Assembly: GCA_973895155.1 (NCBI GenBank) | Contig: OZ316891.1 | Span: 25,853,899-25,917,898, forward strand | DNA length: 64,000 bases | Reading direction: 5' to 3' | Source: Marsupella aquatica | Taxonomy: Eukaryota > Plantae > Marchantiophyta | Shown: in pieces, positions 13,172 to 24,850 of the stretch | Position numbering within the stretch: the first letter of the stretch is position 1 | How the letters are laid out: every line of letters starts with the position of its first letter | The notes under the pieces: generated by a model | Databases searched by the model: none | Told to the model about the DNA's origin: nothing | The model's input: only the letters and a program-made list of their open reading frames with translations | Made by a program: the position numbers and the translations under genes

Positions 13172-14196
13172 CCGTTGATAGGAGTGTAAGATGAGAAAAG
13201 TTCACACATATAGCACATGTGATACGAGCAAGCGAAATCCAAGATCCATTGACAATCCTCAACTTGGGAAGTGGTACACAATGCAAATCCTTCACTATCC
13301 TCTTCTCGAACAACTACTTGGGCTGAAGAACCGGCAACTTCCTTGAATGTGTCTTTGACGTGACAATCCTTCTTCATGTGGCCCACTTTGTCACACTTCC
13401 AACATTTTATCTCACGAGTAGACTTGGATGGTGATTTGGATCGAGATCTAGATCTGGATCTAAACCTTCTCCTACCAAAAGATCGGTCGTGGAACCTTCC
13501 TCGCTCCATGGGAAGTGGGTTAAGCCTTTTATTTTTATGAAATGGCTCCCTTGATTTGCCTCTTTCTACCAACAGTGCTGTTGATGATGAGGTTGAGGTA
13601 GGATGAACTGAAGAAACCAGCTTAGACTGCATGTCATCGGTCAACAGGGCACTCACCACATCATTGTAGGATATAGTTGTTTTATCACGGAATAGAAGAA
13701 CTCGAGACAAAGATTGGTACGAAGGTGGTAGTGAGCTCAAGAGTTGTAAGGCTTTCTTTTCTTCGCTCAAATGCTCCCCCAAATTCTCCAGGTCAACCAC
13801 AAGATCATTGAACTGATCAATATGATCTTGAATCTTGACTCCATCAGCCATTTTGAATTGCATGAGCTTCAGGCTTGCATACATTCGGTTTGACATCTCC
13901 TTCTTGTAGTACTTGTTGCGCAATGCTTGAAACAAGTCCATCACCGTTTGTGTTGCTTTTTCCTCGAATTGCTTCTTCACATTGTTTTTCAGGTACATGC
14001 CAACAATACCTACCGCTTGATCCTGGAGATCATGCCAATCATCATCTTCCATCTCCTTGGGTTGAGATCTTAGTACCTTGCCTAGGCCCATCGCCCTAAG
14101 TGCATCCCTCACGTTACGTTCCCACATTGTATAGTCCATCCGACCATCAAAATTTTCCACCTCAAACCTTTGACCTCCAATCCTAGTAGTCGTCAT
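13172..14196 (-). pseudogene. gag: copia gag with zinc knuckle and N-terminal part of protease
   Basis: MTTTRIGGQRFEVENFDGR..., UBN2-like LLSSLPPSY, RS-rich tract, CX2CX4HX4C knuckle, WILDFACSYHM. Interrupted by the MITE at 13171. Confidence 0.9.
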
Positions 14197-15365
14197 CGCT
14201 GGAATGCCAAATGTAGTGTGGAGTCGCCTTCCGACAAGAAATAAACGTCGAATGCTCAGATGTGGGGTGTGAAAATAAGGCCAAAAATGAAGTTGGTGAA
14301 TTTTGAAACTGATCACTCCTATGTGTAGCCCACAAGGTAACGCTCCGAATTCTGAAAACGGTTTGTCAAATGGACTCTCGAGTGCCGAGAATTTTTACTC
14401 CGACCGGAGGGGGTAAAAGATGAAATAATTACCCCTCGAGGGAATCTCTTATGCCAAAGATTCCACTAGTGTACTTTTTCAAAATCGAACGCACCAATAC
14501 TTGCCTAGCTTCCCCAAGTACGCCTCTCCAAAAGTTGAAGTTGATCCGATTTTATTTGCCGCTCGGAATCTTTGACGTTCGGTAAAAATTTAAGCCTCTG
14601 GAAAAGAATATTTTTGGGAAATTCCGTCCGCCCTTGTACAGCCCCTGTGGGGGACTTCACAGGGGGCACTTCCCCCTGCCCGAGCCCTGTCGAGCCCTAG
14701 AAAGGCCTCCTCGAACTTTTTGACCTCCTCGCGCGCCCGCGCAAGTCGCGACTACTCGCGGCAGAAAATACCCCTCAGCGGATTCACTCAAATTCCCGTC
14801 TCAGTTTTTTACTAAATCCAATTCTGATTTCAGATTCAGAAACTAGACTTCGAGGACATCAAGATAGATATAAAGAACTTGCAAAACGGTGGAGTAATGA
14901 GGGAGAAACAATTCGGTGAAAGTGACTGATATTAAGTTATCCGCCATAGCCAAAATTTCGAGCTCAAAAAATGAGAATTGAAATTAAGATTGCTTCTCAA
15001 CCGTTTGACGAAATTCAACGATGTTGATATCGAAACGTCTAGAAAGACAAGGCGCTCAAGCGTATCTCAATTTCAAGTCCCGATAGAACAATCAAAAAGA
15101 CTGATCTGAGAAATTGACCTGATCTCTTGCCAGATAACGTAAATTGAAAACCGTCACTTACAATTGTTTCCGTTTCTGACCTCAGGCCTTCATTGCTTCA
15201 CTGAAATGAGCCCCTAGTTATGTGCTCCACACTTGTGAGAAGATTGAGTCCGATCTTCTTTCAATAGCTCCGCTTCGAAGAGGAAATCATCCGTTGTTCG
15301 CTTTGCTTGAAGCAAGTTCTATGGAGTTCCTAATCGACTGAAAAAATCTGAGCTCTGATACCAAT

Positions 15366-15689
15366 TGTGGGGAGAAATTAGATCAGGAAATACACTCCAA
15401 ACATACACGTGCTCAATAGCTACGTGGTTCGCCTCAAGGTTGGCTACGTCCACGGGAAGACCAAGCTTTATTAACAATTATGTGTCTACTCAAGCATCAC
15501 CATAGCTCCCATCTCTTCAAGCTCTCATCTCTTGCTGTATCATTGTGTTCTCTCTTGAGAACTCTCTTGTGTGTTCTCTCACCACATAGAAGTTGAAGAG
15601 ATAAGGACCAATCTCTTCAACTAGGGTTTACTCTAACCCTAGTTAATATACTAATCATAGTTCAACCCAAGACTGAGTTAACCTCTACA
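15366..15689 (-). repeat. 5' LTR (324 bp) of copia element
   Basis: TG...CA termini, followed on the minus strand by AT and the PBS TGGTATCAGAGC. Confidence 0.95.
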
Positions 15690-16121
15690 GTCCCTTCCAC
15701 CATTCATCTTGTCTTTTGTGTTGAGCTGTAACTTGATTAGTTTTTGAAGCATTCTATCTTCGCATGTACCGGATGTCTTTTGTATTATGGAAGTTATTGG
15801 CTTGGTACCATTCCCCCTCCCCCTCCCAAATTAATAATTTGTGTTGAGCTCCGTTCCTTGAGTTGTCAAGCCTGCCGGCCATTGGATTATGGTGCATTCT
15901 TTTCTAATCATGAAATGGGCCTAAAGGTGCCATTGTGTACCTTTTCCATGTGAAGGGCATTCTCTTCCATAAAGTACTGGAAAACACAAAAGAGACAAAT
16001 CATGAAGGAATTTGAGTTTTGTAGGCATGGCTGAGATGCAAACCATTGAAACTGGATTTCAAATCACTAGATTGTCAATTTTTTGGTGAAATAGAAGGAC
16101 TTGCACTTTGTTAAGATTAAT

Positions 16122-16278
16122 TAGAGAGATATACTTGACAGACCCCCAAATTGAAGTGTCTTACTTGATAGACCCCATGAGCTTTGGGTACATTGATTTG
16201 AGATCTATCAACAGTCTGGATCACTCATGTCCATCAAGTAACACTTTGCATTTTGGGGGTCCATCAAGTATCTCTCTC
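16122..16278. mobile_element. small foldback MITE (Mutator-like GAGA termini)
   Basis: About 60-bp imperfect TIRs (agagagatatacttgacagacccccaaa... / ...ttttgggggtccatcaagtatctctct). AT-rich flanks agattaat / aaattaat resemble a TSD. Confidence 0.7.
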
Positions 16279-17314
16279 AAATTAATCATTACAATCCTAC
16301 TTTTTCATTCATGGCTTAAGTGGCTAACGTTGGTTAGCCTCAGACTACTACCTATGGTCTTGAGATCATCACATTGGAGAATGTGATGTTTCCTGCACCC
16401 TTGGAACAGGGTGTGGGGGGCACCTAATGTGAGGGCAGAGGAGGGTACTCAGGAAATAGGAAGGGTGGGTGTGTGTGAATCTGCCCCACCTGGAATGGAA
16501 ACCATTGGATAGTTCAATGTGACAATCTTATGGTTGCATAGCGCATGCTGAGAAAAATAAATATTCTAGTAATTATTCTTGGCGTCAAGTATAAAATGCT
16601 ACCAAAAAAGGCAACCTTAAATATTGAACAGATGATTGTTTTGGCTGTGTGGTCTTCTTGGGCTTTTCCCCTTTTCCCCTCTTACTGGGTCTCTGGTTAG
16701 TATCATTCTGTCTCCCGATTTGGCGCCATCTGTTTCTTGTCAGTGTGTATATATATATAATTTTTATTTTAAGTTTTTTTCTGTACTTTTGGCTCTCATC
16801 AGTTGATCACACTTGCAATTCTGTATTGCCTCTCCCAATCAGAGAGAGTCCCTGTCCTTCACTCATCACTAACTCTAATATCTTTCTGCCTTTCCCTTCT
16901 GCCTTTTCAATGCCTCTAGGTCAATCAGTTTCTCCGCTTTCTCTGGTGTCTGCCTGTCACCTCCCCATTTGATTGACTCTCGTCTTGCTTTCTTTCATTG
17001 GCCCTCTCCTGGCCTTTCTGCTCCCCAGTGAGAACTCGTTGCTTTGTTCTATTTCGAGGCTATTTAGCTTTTTCCAACCTCCACTGCCGGCTCCACTGAG
17101 ATACGTAAATACGTTGCAGTCCATGTGTAGTGCACTTGGGCAGGGGCAGCAGCAGCAGATTGCTCAAATCAAAGGAATCTCTTACTGAACAGAAATGGGA
17201 AACTCCTGCACCTGCGTATTTTCCATTTGGTGAAAATTTTATGTTATTTTCTTGATTTTTAAATTGGATGGACCTTAACTAAAGTTAAGATTAAGGACTA
17301 AAAAGGTCATGTAT

Positions 17315-17493
17315 TACCAAATTCAAAATCCTTGATTTGTGGCCACAGAGATTGGAGATTGGTCGTATGTGATGACCATAAGTCACTTTAGAGACTAGTG
17401 AAATAAAACTTGCACATAACCTTGTGAAAAATCTATGGCCATTTGTTTGTGGCCAAAAACCATTGTCTGCAATTATGAAGTTTTGAGACGCCC
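17315..17493 (-). repeat. Inverted-repeat copy B (pairs with 9-190)
   Basis: aaatctatggccatttgtttgtggcc...aattatgaagttttgagacgccc. Confidence 0.75.
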
Positions 17494-17948
17494 TAGTAAT
17501 GGCATGTTTTTCTTGAGGAGCAGATTGTTTCTCTGTTTCCTGAGCTGTTCGTACTTCAGTACTAATTTGTTAGTTGAACTCTTTTGTGAATATAAATAGA
17601 AGTGAGTGTGTCCCGTACTTGCTGCTTTGATAGACTCACCCTCGCTCAATAAAGCATTTTCTATTTGCACCCTTAACTGCAGATACCCTTCTGTGAACAT
17701 AAATAGAAGTGACTAAAGCCTGCCCCTATTATAGACTCTCACCCAGCCCCCAATTGGCCCTCAACTGCAAGTATGCCCCAAAGTATAGGTATAGAGATTT
17801 CATTCAATTCAATAGGGCTCGAAGAGAGGCTTTTATAGACTCTCACCCAGCCCCCAATCCACCATTTCCATTTGCACCCTCAACTGCAATGACACCCCAA
17901 AGTAAAGGTATAGAGATTTCGTTCCAAACAATAGAGGTCTACGAGAGT

Positions 17949-18390
17949 AACTTTGGATCCCAATTATATAATCAGATTTATCTATCTCAGCAACTTTGGA
18001 TCCCAATTACGTAATCAGATTATCTACCTCAGCAACTTTGGATCCCGATTATGTAATCGGATCTACGTATCTAACGAATTACAGTAGTTCATTATTGATT
18101 TGCCAAAGGTAGGTATTATAATCAGATCTAATCTATGTATGTAACGAATCACCGTAGTTCATTATTGATTTGCCAAAGGTGGGTATTACATAATCAGATC
18201 TATGTATGTAACGAATTACAGTAGTTCATTATTGATTTGCCAAAGGTGGGTATTACATAATCAGATCAGTGTATGTAACGAATCACAGTAGTTCATTATT
18301 GATTTGGCATAGGTGGGTATTTTACAATCAGATCTACGTAGTAACGAATTACAGTAGTTCATTATTATTGATTTGCCAAAGGGTGGGTGG
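17949..18390. repeat. compound minisatellite: about 42-bp units (aactttggatcccaatt...) x3, then about 65-bp units (aatcagatct...taacgaattacagtagttcattattgatttgccaaaggtgggtatt) x5
   Basis: Directly visible tandem copies. Confidence 0.9.
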
Positions 18391-19927
18391 CGTACAGGAG
18401 TCCTGGCATGACATGTTGTTGGGCAGCGTTGCAGGTCATGCATGACTCATGAGGCAAGAAGAAGATGGGGTCTCTGGAGCCCGAGGCTCGTGTCAGCATG
18501 ATGGCCGGGCGGGGCGGGCCGGGCCGGGGCACTTGGCCTCCTCGAAGACCAGGAGGACTGGAGGAGTGAGGAGGGCTCGGCTGTGACTGGGCCAGCTTGT
18601 GTGGGAACGCCCGTGCCAGATTGGAGGGCCGGCCCGGGCAGTCCGGGCCAGCAAGGCAACGCAAGAGTTTCGACAGTGGCCCGCACAGCCGCACAGGGGC
18701 GGGGCTACGAGACTGGACAGTGCCCGAAAAGGTCGGCCAACCCGCAGGCAAAGAACCAAGGGAACAAACAAACATGGCCAACTTGCGTCATGGCCGAGCG
18801 CGCGAGAGAGAGAAGCCCAGGGGCCAGGGCTGGGGCAACGAGCAGCAGGAGGCCAGGAGCCATGATGATGATTGTGCACAGCTAGCTAAAAAGGCTTCAA
18901 ACCCTAAGCAGGCCAAGCGAATCCAAGCAGACTGTACAGCACTCATAATATACAAGCCCGGCCCTAATGCCCTAGGGCCAGCCGGCCAAAAAGCTCAGGA
19001 TCTGACCGCGGTGCGCTCACCGGCCCAGGCTTCAGGACTGTACATTATTACTTATTATTATTAAACCCAAAGGTTGGGGCCGCATTTTTGTTCTTTTTGC
19101 AGGAAGGCAAGAGGTAAGGTTGCCCAGGACCGTCAAAATATATAGAATAGGAGCCTAGAGCACCAAAACAATTTGTTTAAGTACTGTAGATGTTTTGCGT
19201 ATTGCCCATTTTTTCTCACTACTATAATTTGGGATGGAGTTGTACCGTTCATGACCTACTTATTGTAGAGTGAAGCCATGGGCCAAAGTTACTAAGTTAT
19301 GTTCTTTTATAATTACTGTTTATGAATAGGGACGAGCATGGTGGGTGGGTGTGGGAGCCCTTGTTCATGGCCTACCTACTATAAAGTGAAGCCATGGGCC
19401 CAAGTTTTATTTTTGGCAAACTAGGTTGAATCCACTAGCTCCTCATAAACAGATGGTGAGTACTGTGTTCTCTTATCTTAGTTTTCGGTCACGCTTTATT
19501 AGAAAGATGCTGAAAATGATTCAAGATAGTTTTATTCTAATGAGGCCAAATACTAGGGCATATGCACAGGAAGAGCTCCAATACCCACCCAGACTCCCAT
19601 GCCTCCCTCCTCACAAATTACACAGCCAAAATACTAAATGTTCAGTACCATGTCGGTCCCTGTCCACTGTTCGGTCTTATGGAGTTTCGTTGCTCGCTGC
19701 AGTAGTTGAACTTCTTGTTTGGCTTCCAACTTTGGCCTTTCCTCTCTCCTGGTGCCTTTGATCCACCTGGGCTTCACTACCTGTGGTCCACCTGGGTGCC
19801 GACCCCTCTGTGGGTCATTGCTTTTGTATGTTGGATATTTGAATGAAATTCAATGGGTTTTTTTTAGGCTAAAACATGTTGCCAATTGAGCACTAGTTGC
19901 AGGAGGCGAGACTATCATCAAATCTTT

Positions 19928-20390
19928 ATGTTAAAGGGTTGGGGCAGGGTCAGGTCACCAAAATTCCCAAGGAAATTCCAGGGAGTGTCAAAACCTAAAG
20001 GCCAAGGGCAGGGAGGCCGAGGCCTGGTTGGCCATCCAGTAAAGGATGAGCGTCAAGACTTGTTACAGAAGTTGAGATTGTTGTAGAACTTTGATGTTAA
20101 AGGGTTGGGGCAAAACCTCAAGGTCAATAGAAGGGAGGAGAGTCTGGTTGGCTATCCACGTAAATGATGAGTGTCAAGACTTGTTACAGAAGTTGAGATT
20201 GTTCTAGAATTTTGATGTTAAAGCGTTGGGGCAAAACCTGAAGGTCAAGGGAAGGGAGGAGGGCCGGGTTGGCTATGCACGTAAAGGATGAGTGCCAAGA
20301 CTTGTTACAGAAGTTGAGATTGCTCTAGAATTTTGATGTTAAAGGGTTGAGGGCTGGGTCAGGAAACCCAAATTCCCTAAGAAAATTCCG
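19928..20390. repeat. tandem repeat, about 122-bp unit x3.5
   Basis: atgttaaagggttggggca...ggttggc.atcca..taaa.gatgag.g.caagacttgttacagaagttgagattg.t.tagaa.tttg repeated. Confidence 0.9.
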
Positions 20391-22232
20391 GGGCAGTACT
20401 GGTTAGGGTAGGCAGACTGGACTCTTTGGCCACGGGTGAAAAGGGAGGGGGGAGTGAGTCGTCTTCGACTTCTTACAAAGCTCATGTACTCGAACCCAAG
20501 ACCACCCCACTTTCTCATAAAGTCTTGAAGTCACCCCTCTCGACCGTATGCATGACGTTTGTGTGTAGGCTTGTATAGATATCCAGATGAGTGAGGAATA
20601 TGCTGCAAAGGAAAAGCCTTTCTACCTTTCCCTTCTTTCAAGAGAAAGATCCAGGGAAAACCACAGTTGAGGCAGAGAAAGATTGATTGCAATGGGAGCA
20701 GCGAGAAGCCACATCAATTTGTCATAAAGATTCCATGTATAAGCAAGTACGTAACCCACTCGGAATGCGAGTCACTCGGAAAAGGACCGCAAGAGCGCAA
20801 AACATTCAAAGACATTTATTCCAGTGACCGAACCGGTTCGTGGTTTTCCTTTCCCAAGAGAAGGAAACAATACACCGGAAAATCGCAGAGTTTGCCGTGA
20901 CGTTCGGTGACCTCCCCAAGAAACCCAGCCAAATGCCGAATTGAGAAGAGAAGCAATCGCTAGATACGTAGTGGTCGAAATAATGACAGGACACTGGTTA
21001 TTACTGCTAGAGTACGAAAAACAAGTAATCGTCTCCAGCAATCGTTTCGCTTCCAAAGCCAAGCCCTAACAAACCGACGCTGCCAAGAGAAACTCTCGAA
21101 TCCCAACCATATCCAACACAGGTCCGCCACGTACCCCCTTACAGGTCACGCCGGCCGCCTGCCCTGCTCAACTGCAACCGTCGGTGACATGATGCAATCG
21201 ACTATACTACCTCACCAAAAAAAACACATGGGGAATGTGGAGAATGAAAATGACACGGATCCACTCGTAGCAGAGGCCATTCATTGTTTTCAGTAGTTTA
21301 AGCATATGCTTGAAGCCTCACGGCCAGCCAAGCCATTATCCTTCTCAATGAAATGACCGCACCCAGTTTCCCAAGAATATAGTTTGCAATGCAATCGTGT
21401 AAAGCCAAGCCACGAACATAACCATACAGCCGATGCTTTTCTTATCAAGTGAGGTGACTCCATCACACACAAAACTCATCAGGCGCGGTCTAGACGTAGT
21501 GGGAGCGCTTCTATGAGCCGAAATGCATAAACTTCGTCTTCCATTTCAGTACAACCATTCTCAGACATGCCGCAGGGCAGGGGAACACGCGAAAACGGCT
21601 CAATGACCGATAATCGGAAATATCGAAAACAAGATCTTTATTTGCACAAGGGTTTCTCACAAATTTGCTCAATCTCTGCTGGTGGCGTTAAAATACAAGG
21701 AACTCTCTTCAATGGTAGCAATTACAATAAGGTACAATGTTCACATCTGTACAAACTAAGGGGCCGTAAAAAATGCGAAGACCTACACTCATGTCTCGGA
21801 AAAATTCAAAACCCAGCTTTGGAAAAGGAGCAGTAGATAACAATCGAGCTATGCACACCAATGGCGGTGGTGTGAAACGCCCGCCAGGGTATGGGGGTTA
21901 GACCTGATATGGGTTGTGTACAATGAAAGAACTCGCAAGCTGTTACAGTCCAGATCGGACTCCCGGTGATGAAAGGAGGGTGCTTGGCAAACTGGTAATA
22001 CTGTCCTGTCACCGAACTGACCAAAGTGCACCTCTCATGTGCAGCTTCACCGTTCATCCTGTTTCGGGAGAAAAATCCAAACGAGCTCCATGCTTGAGAA
22101 AGCCTGCAACCTCTATGAACAGAGGACCAAAAATTTAGGCCCACATCACCGTCATGGTGATATTCGGGAACCTCCTCAATAAGTCTCAACTACATTCCAG
22201 AGACGAATAGATGTGCGACCGAACAAATTTCT

Positions 22233-23067
22233 TCATGCTAGGGCCGGCACACTACACCGCACATCTGGTGAAGACACAAACCCTTCCACGCGAACAGATG
22301 GATTTGCTCCGTATGAAGCCGCGCAAAAAGACTTCTGCTGAGAAACCAGCGACGAGAGCGAAGATTGGGCCGACGGGATCCGTTGGTGTGTAAACTGTAC
22401 ATCATGTATAAGGGGGTTTCCTGATCGACTTGGTGGAGAGCCACAGAAATAAGGCGGCGAGCATCCAAAGCTGGAAGAATCCCCGAAGCCACTCTGCAGA
22501 GAACATGGAAAACTTATGAGCACCCTGTATGAGGCCACACTACAAGCAGCGCCATCACGGCATCGTGGAAATCAAGAGAGGAACAACTTAACATCGTGTA
22601 GATAACGTACCCTACTGAGGAAAATATCGAGAATCTCGAAACCTGCTTCGCCTTCGGCACGCACTTGAGCTGAGTGACTGCAAAAACACAACATCGATCA
22701 GTTTCTCACTCTTTAGAAACCACCGCTACGGGACGCGACTCTGATCGATCTCTATTACATCAACGAACAATACAGAAATACGGACTACCGTTGACAAGGA
22801 GATGCACATCGAGTTGCTCAGATCTGACCCTACTCAATGCACAGATCGAACGTACCTGCGTCTCCTTCTAGATGGCTTCAAAAATTCTGGCGCAGGACAT
22901 GATACGTTGGTTACTCGTCGGGGCTTCGGACAAATAACCTCTTCTTCATGTTGATCCCGAAAACCTGTTCTAATTCTCCTTCTATCATTCATTTCCGATA
23001 AACTTTCTAATGTATTCAGAGCAGCAAACTGCTGCACGCGACCCAGGTTCCTCGCGCAGATCTCCAG
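22233..23067 (-). CDS. conserved plant uncharacterised protein (At3g02555/At1g68490/At5g16110-like); exons 23067 (or 22992)-22856, 22677-22611, 22493-22233
   Basis: Canonical GT-AG introns with compatible phases join ...[10 protein letters not shown]...|[23 protein letters not shown]|SGFG...[22 protein letters not shown]...PSVRVEGF...CSVPALA*. These are the hallmark motifs of this family. The start codon is uncertain (CTG 23067, CTG 23046 or ATG 22992). Confidence 0.88.
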
Positions 23068-24850
23068 CTTTACAGAACTGATGTCCCCCTTGACGGAGGA
23101 ACTCCCTGTGTATCTTCCTACTTCCTCGAGCTATTACCCCGACTGCAACGGTCGTCCCAAGTGATACGCGGAAAATATCACTGAATAACTGAAGTTAACT
23201 AAAGAGCCCGGGTCCTTGGGAAAATCTCGGCCCACGAGCCTTTATATATACAAAGCAGTGCTCGAGCTTCCTGAAAATATATCCGGGAACCGTGTTCCCG
23301 ACCTGTCTGTTATCCTTACAGCAGCAGAGGCAAAAATGAACACCCTGTACAAGAACCTCGACCGCCACAGCAGAAGTTCGATTGATTTCACTCGCTCGTA
23401 AGCTCCTCGCTGTCCTTAGTCCAAATTCGAGGTATCCTGGATGAGATCTGTAATGGAAAGAAGATCAAACATCAATCAGCGGTCCTTCGGGCAGCAACCG
23501 ACTGGGGAGTAAAACCAGGACCTAGGAAAGGAACGACACCCTCCTACCAAGCCCTCGGTAGGCTGGACTTGGCCACTCCCAAACCTTCGAAGTACAAAGT
23601 TTAAACGGCAGGATCTGTAAGAAACATAGAGATAGAGATGATAGAGAAGTCCACAAAACTAACTTTCAGAGGTACAACAGCTTCTGCCACCCGACAGAGC
23701 ACGTAGGGAACCCTCTCCTGGCTGGACAGAACGGTGATGAGAGATCACGTATCACTCGAGGGAAACGTTGCCCAACGTCTCCAAAAGCAGATCCTCGTTC
23801 AGGGATCAAATCAGTGGACCCAGACTGGAACCGTGAGCACAGAGAAGCACGAGAGGCTCAAAGCGCCAAACCAGTGACAGCGACGACCGGCCTTTTGTTT
23901 CAATATCCATGTAGAAACGGCTAACGCTCAGACATAAGTACTTGACTCCCCGCCATGGCGACATTGAATACGCGGATGTCAGCACTCGTAATAACCTAGA
24001 TACAACACAGGACCCGACTGTAAACCTATGCTAAAACCGGAGACCCTTACAAGCAACCCTCACATCGCCATCCTCTAGCGAGCAACGGCACAAGGTCCAA
24101 CCGATGATTGGATATATGCTTGAGTGATTGTTCTCACAAGTTCCAGATGATATTTAAGATGACCCTGATACTACACCATACCAACGACAACTGCCAGGTA
24201 CATATCTCACGACCCAAGAAACACTGACGACGCAGTCGAACGAGAAGGGAGAGGAGACACTCATCGAAACTCTCGAATACAGATCGAACATGAGGAAGGC
24301 AGAAGAGAAAAGAGAGTGCGAAAACGCACCATGTGTGACACGTTCCAGTTGAAGCAGATCGACAGACAGCCGTGAAGTAGAAGGAGACGAAATCCTTCTA
24401 CTATAACCCTCGACAATGGCGACGATCAGACCGCCTTAATAGCAGATCGTCCCTCGAGAGAGCAATTTCCGCCTGCTCCGGGCCAAAACAGAATGTCCGC
24501 GATGTGCCGAGAACCTTGAAGTCAGCGAGACAGTGAGAGACGCAGAGAGAGAGAGGATGAGAAATCAGACCTATCTACGGGAAGGAAGAACCTAGCAAAT
24601 GTCCTGCTGGTGCGGATCGTGCTCGGGTGCTGCTGAGATATGAGGGAAAGAAAAGGAAGAGAAGGAGGAAGGAATGACGACAATAATAAATCAATCAGGA
24701 GCCGACGAAGGAGAGTTCGCATCTGTTGGTGCACCCGTGCTACAACGACATGCTACTTACAGCACAAGACAGGAGAAGGAGAAGGGACGAGGGGAGAAGA
24801 AGAAGAAGAAGCAGCAGCAGAGATGGAACGGAACGTGTGGCAGAGCGGTG
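23068..24850 (-). other. long spliced 5' UTR of the above gene (non-coding exon(s) plus intron)
   Basis: CT-rich leader. Donor GTAAGT at 24760 and a second donor GTCTGA at 24570. Polypyrimidine-YAG acceptors near 23615, 23522 and 23448. Confidence 0.55.

Larger units (their letters stand above)
9244..15689 (-). mobile_element. Ty1/copia LTR retrotransposon (Tork/Tnt1-like), full length, disrupted
   Basis: Paired TG..CA LTRs at 9244-9635 and 15366-15689. PBS TGGTATCAGAGC (tRNA-iMet) at 15352-15363 and PPT AAGGGGGAGTT at 9636-9646. Domain order gag-PR-INT-RT-RH with motifs CWKCDKVGHMKKDC, WILD, LRLDNGGEY, SLYGLKQSPRQW, LYVDDML, GYVDADYAG, KHIDVRYHF. Confidence 0.97.

Noticed and set aside
17949-18390. 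CRISPR-like regularly spaced repeats
   Set aside because: The units are fully tandem with no unique spacers, there are no cas genes, and the context is eukaryotic.
18365-19064. Overlapping ORFs of 80-155 aa
   Set aside because: They occur in nearly all frames because GC richness depletes stop codons; no recognisable motifs.
20700-21200. Possible promoter/first exon on minus strand
   Set aside because: It has UTR-like composition, but no linked coding exons could be identified.
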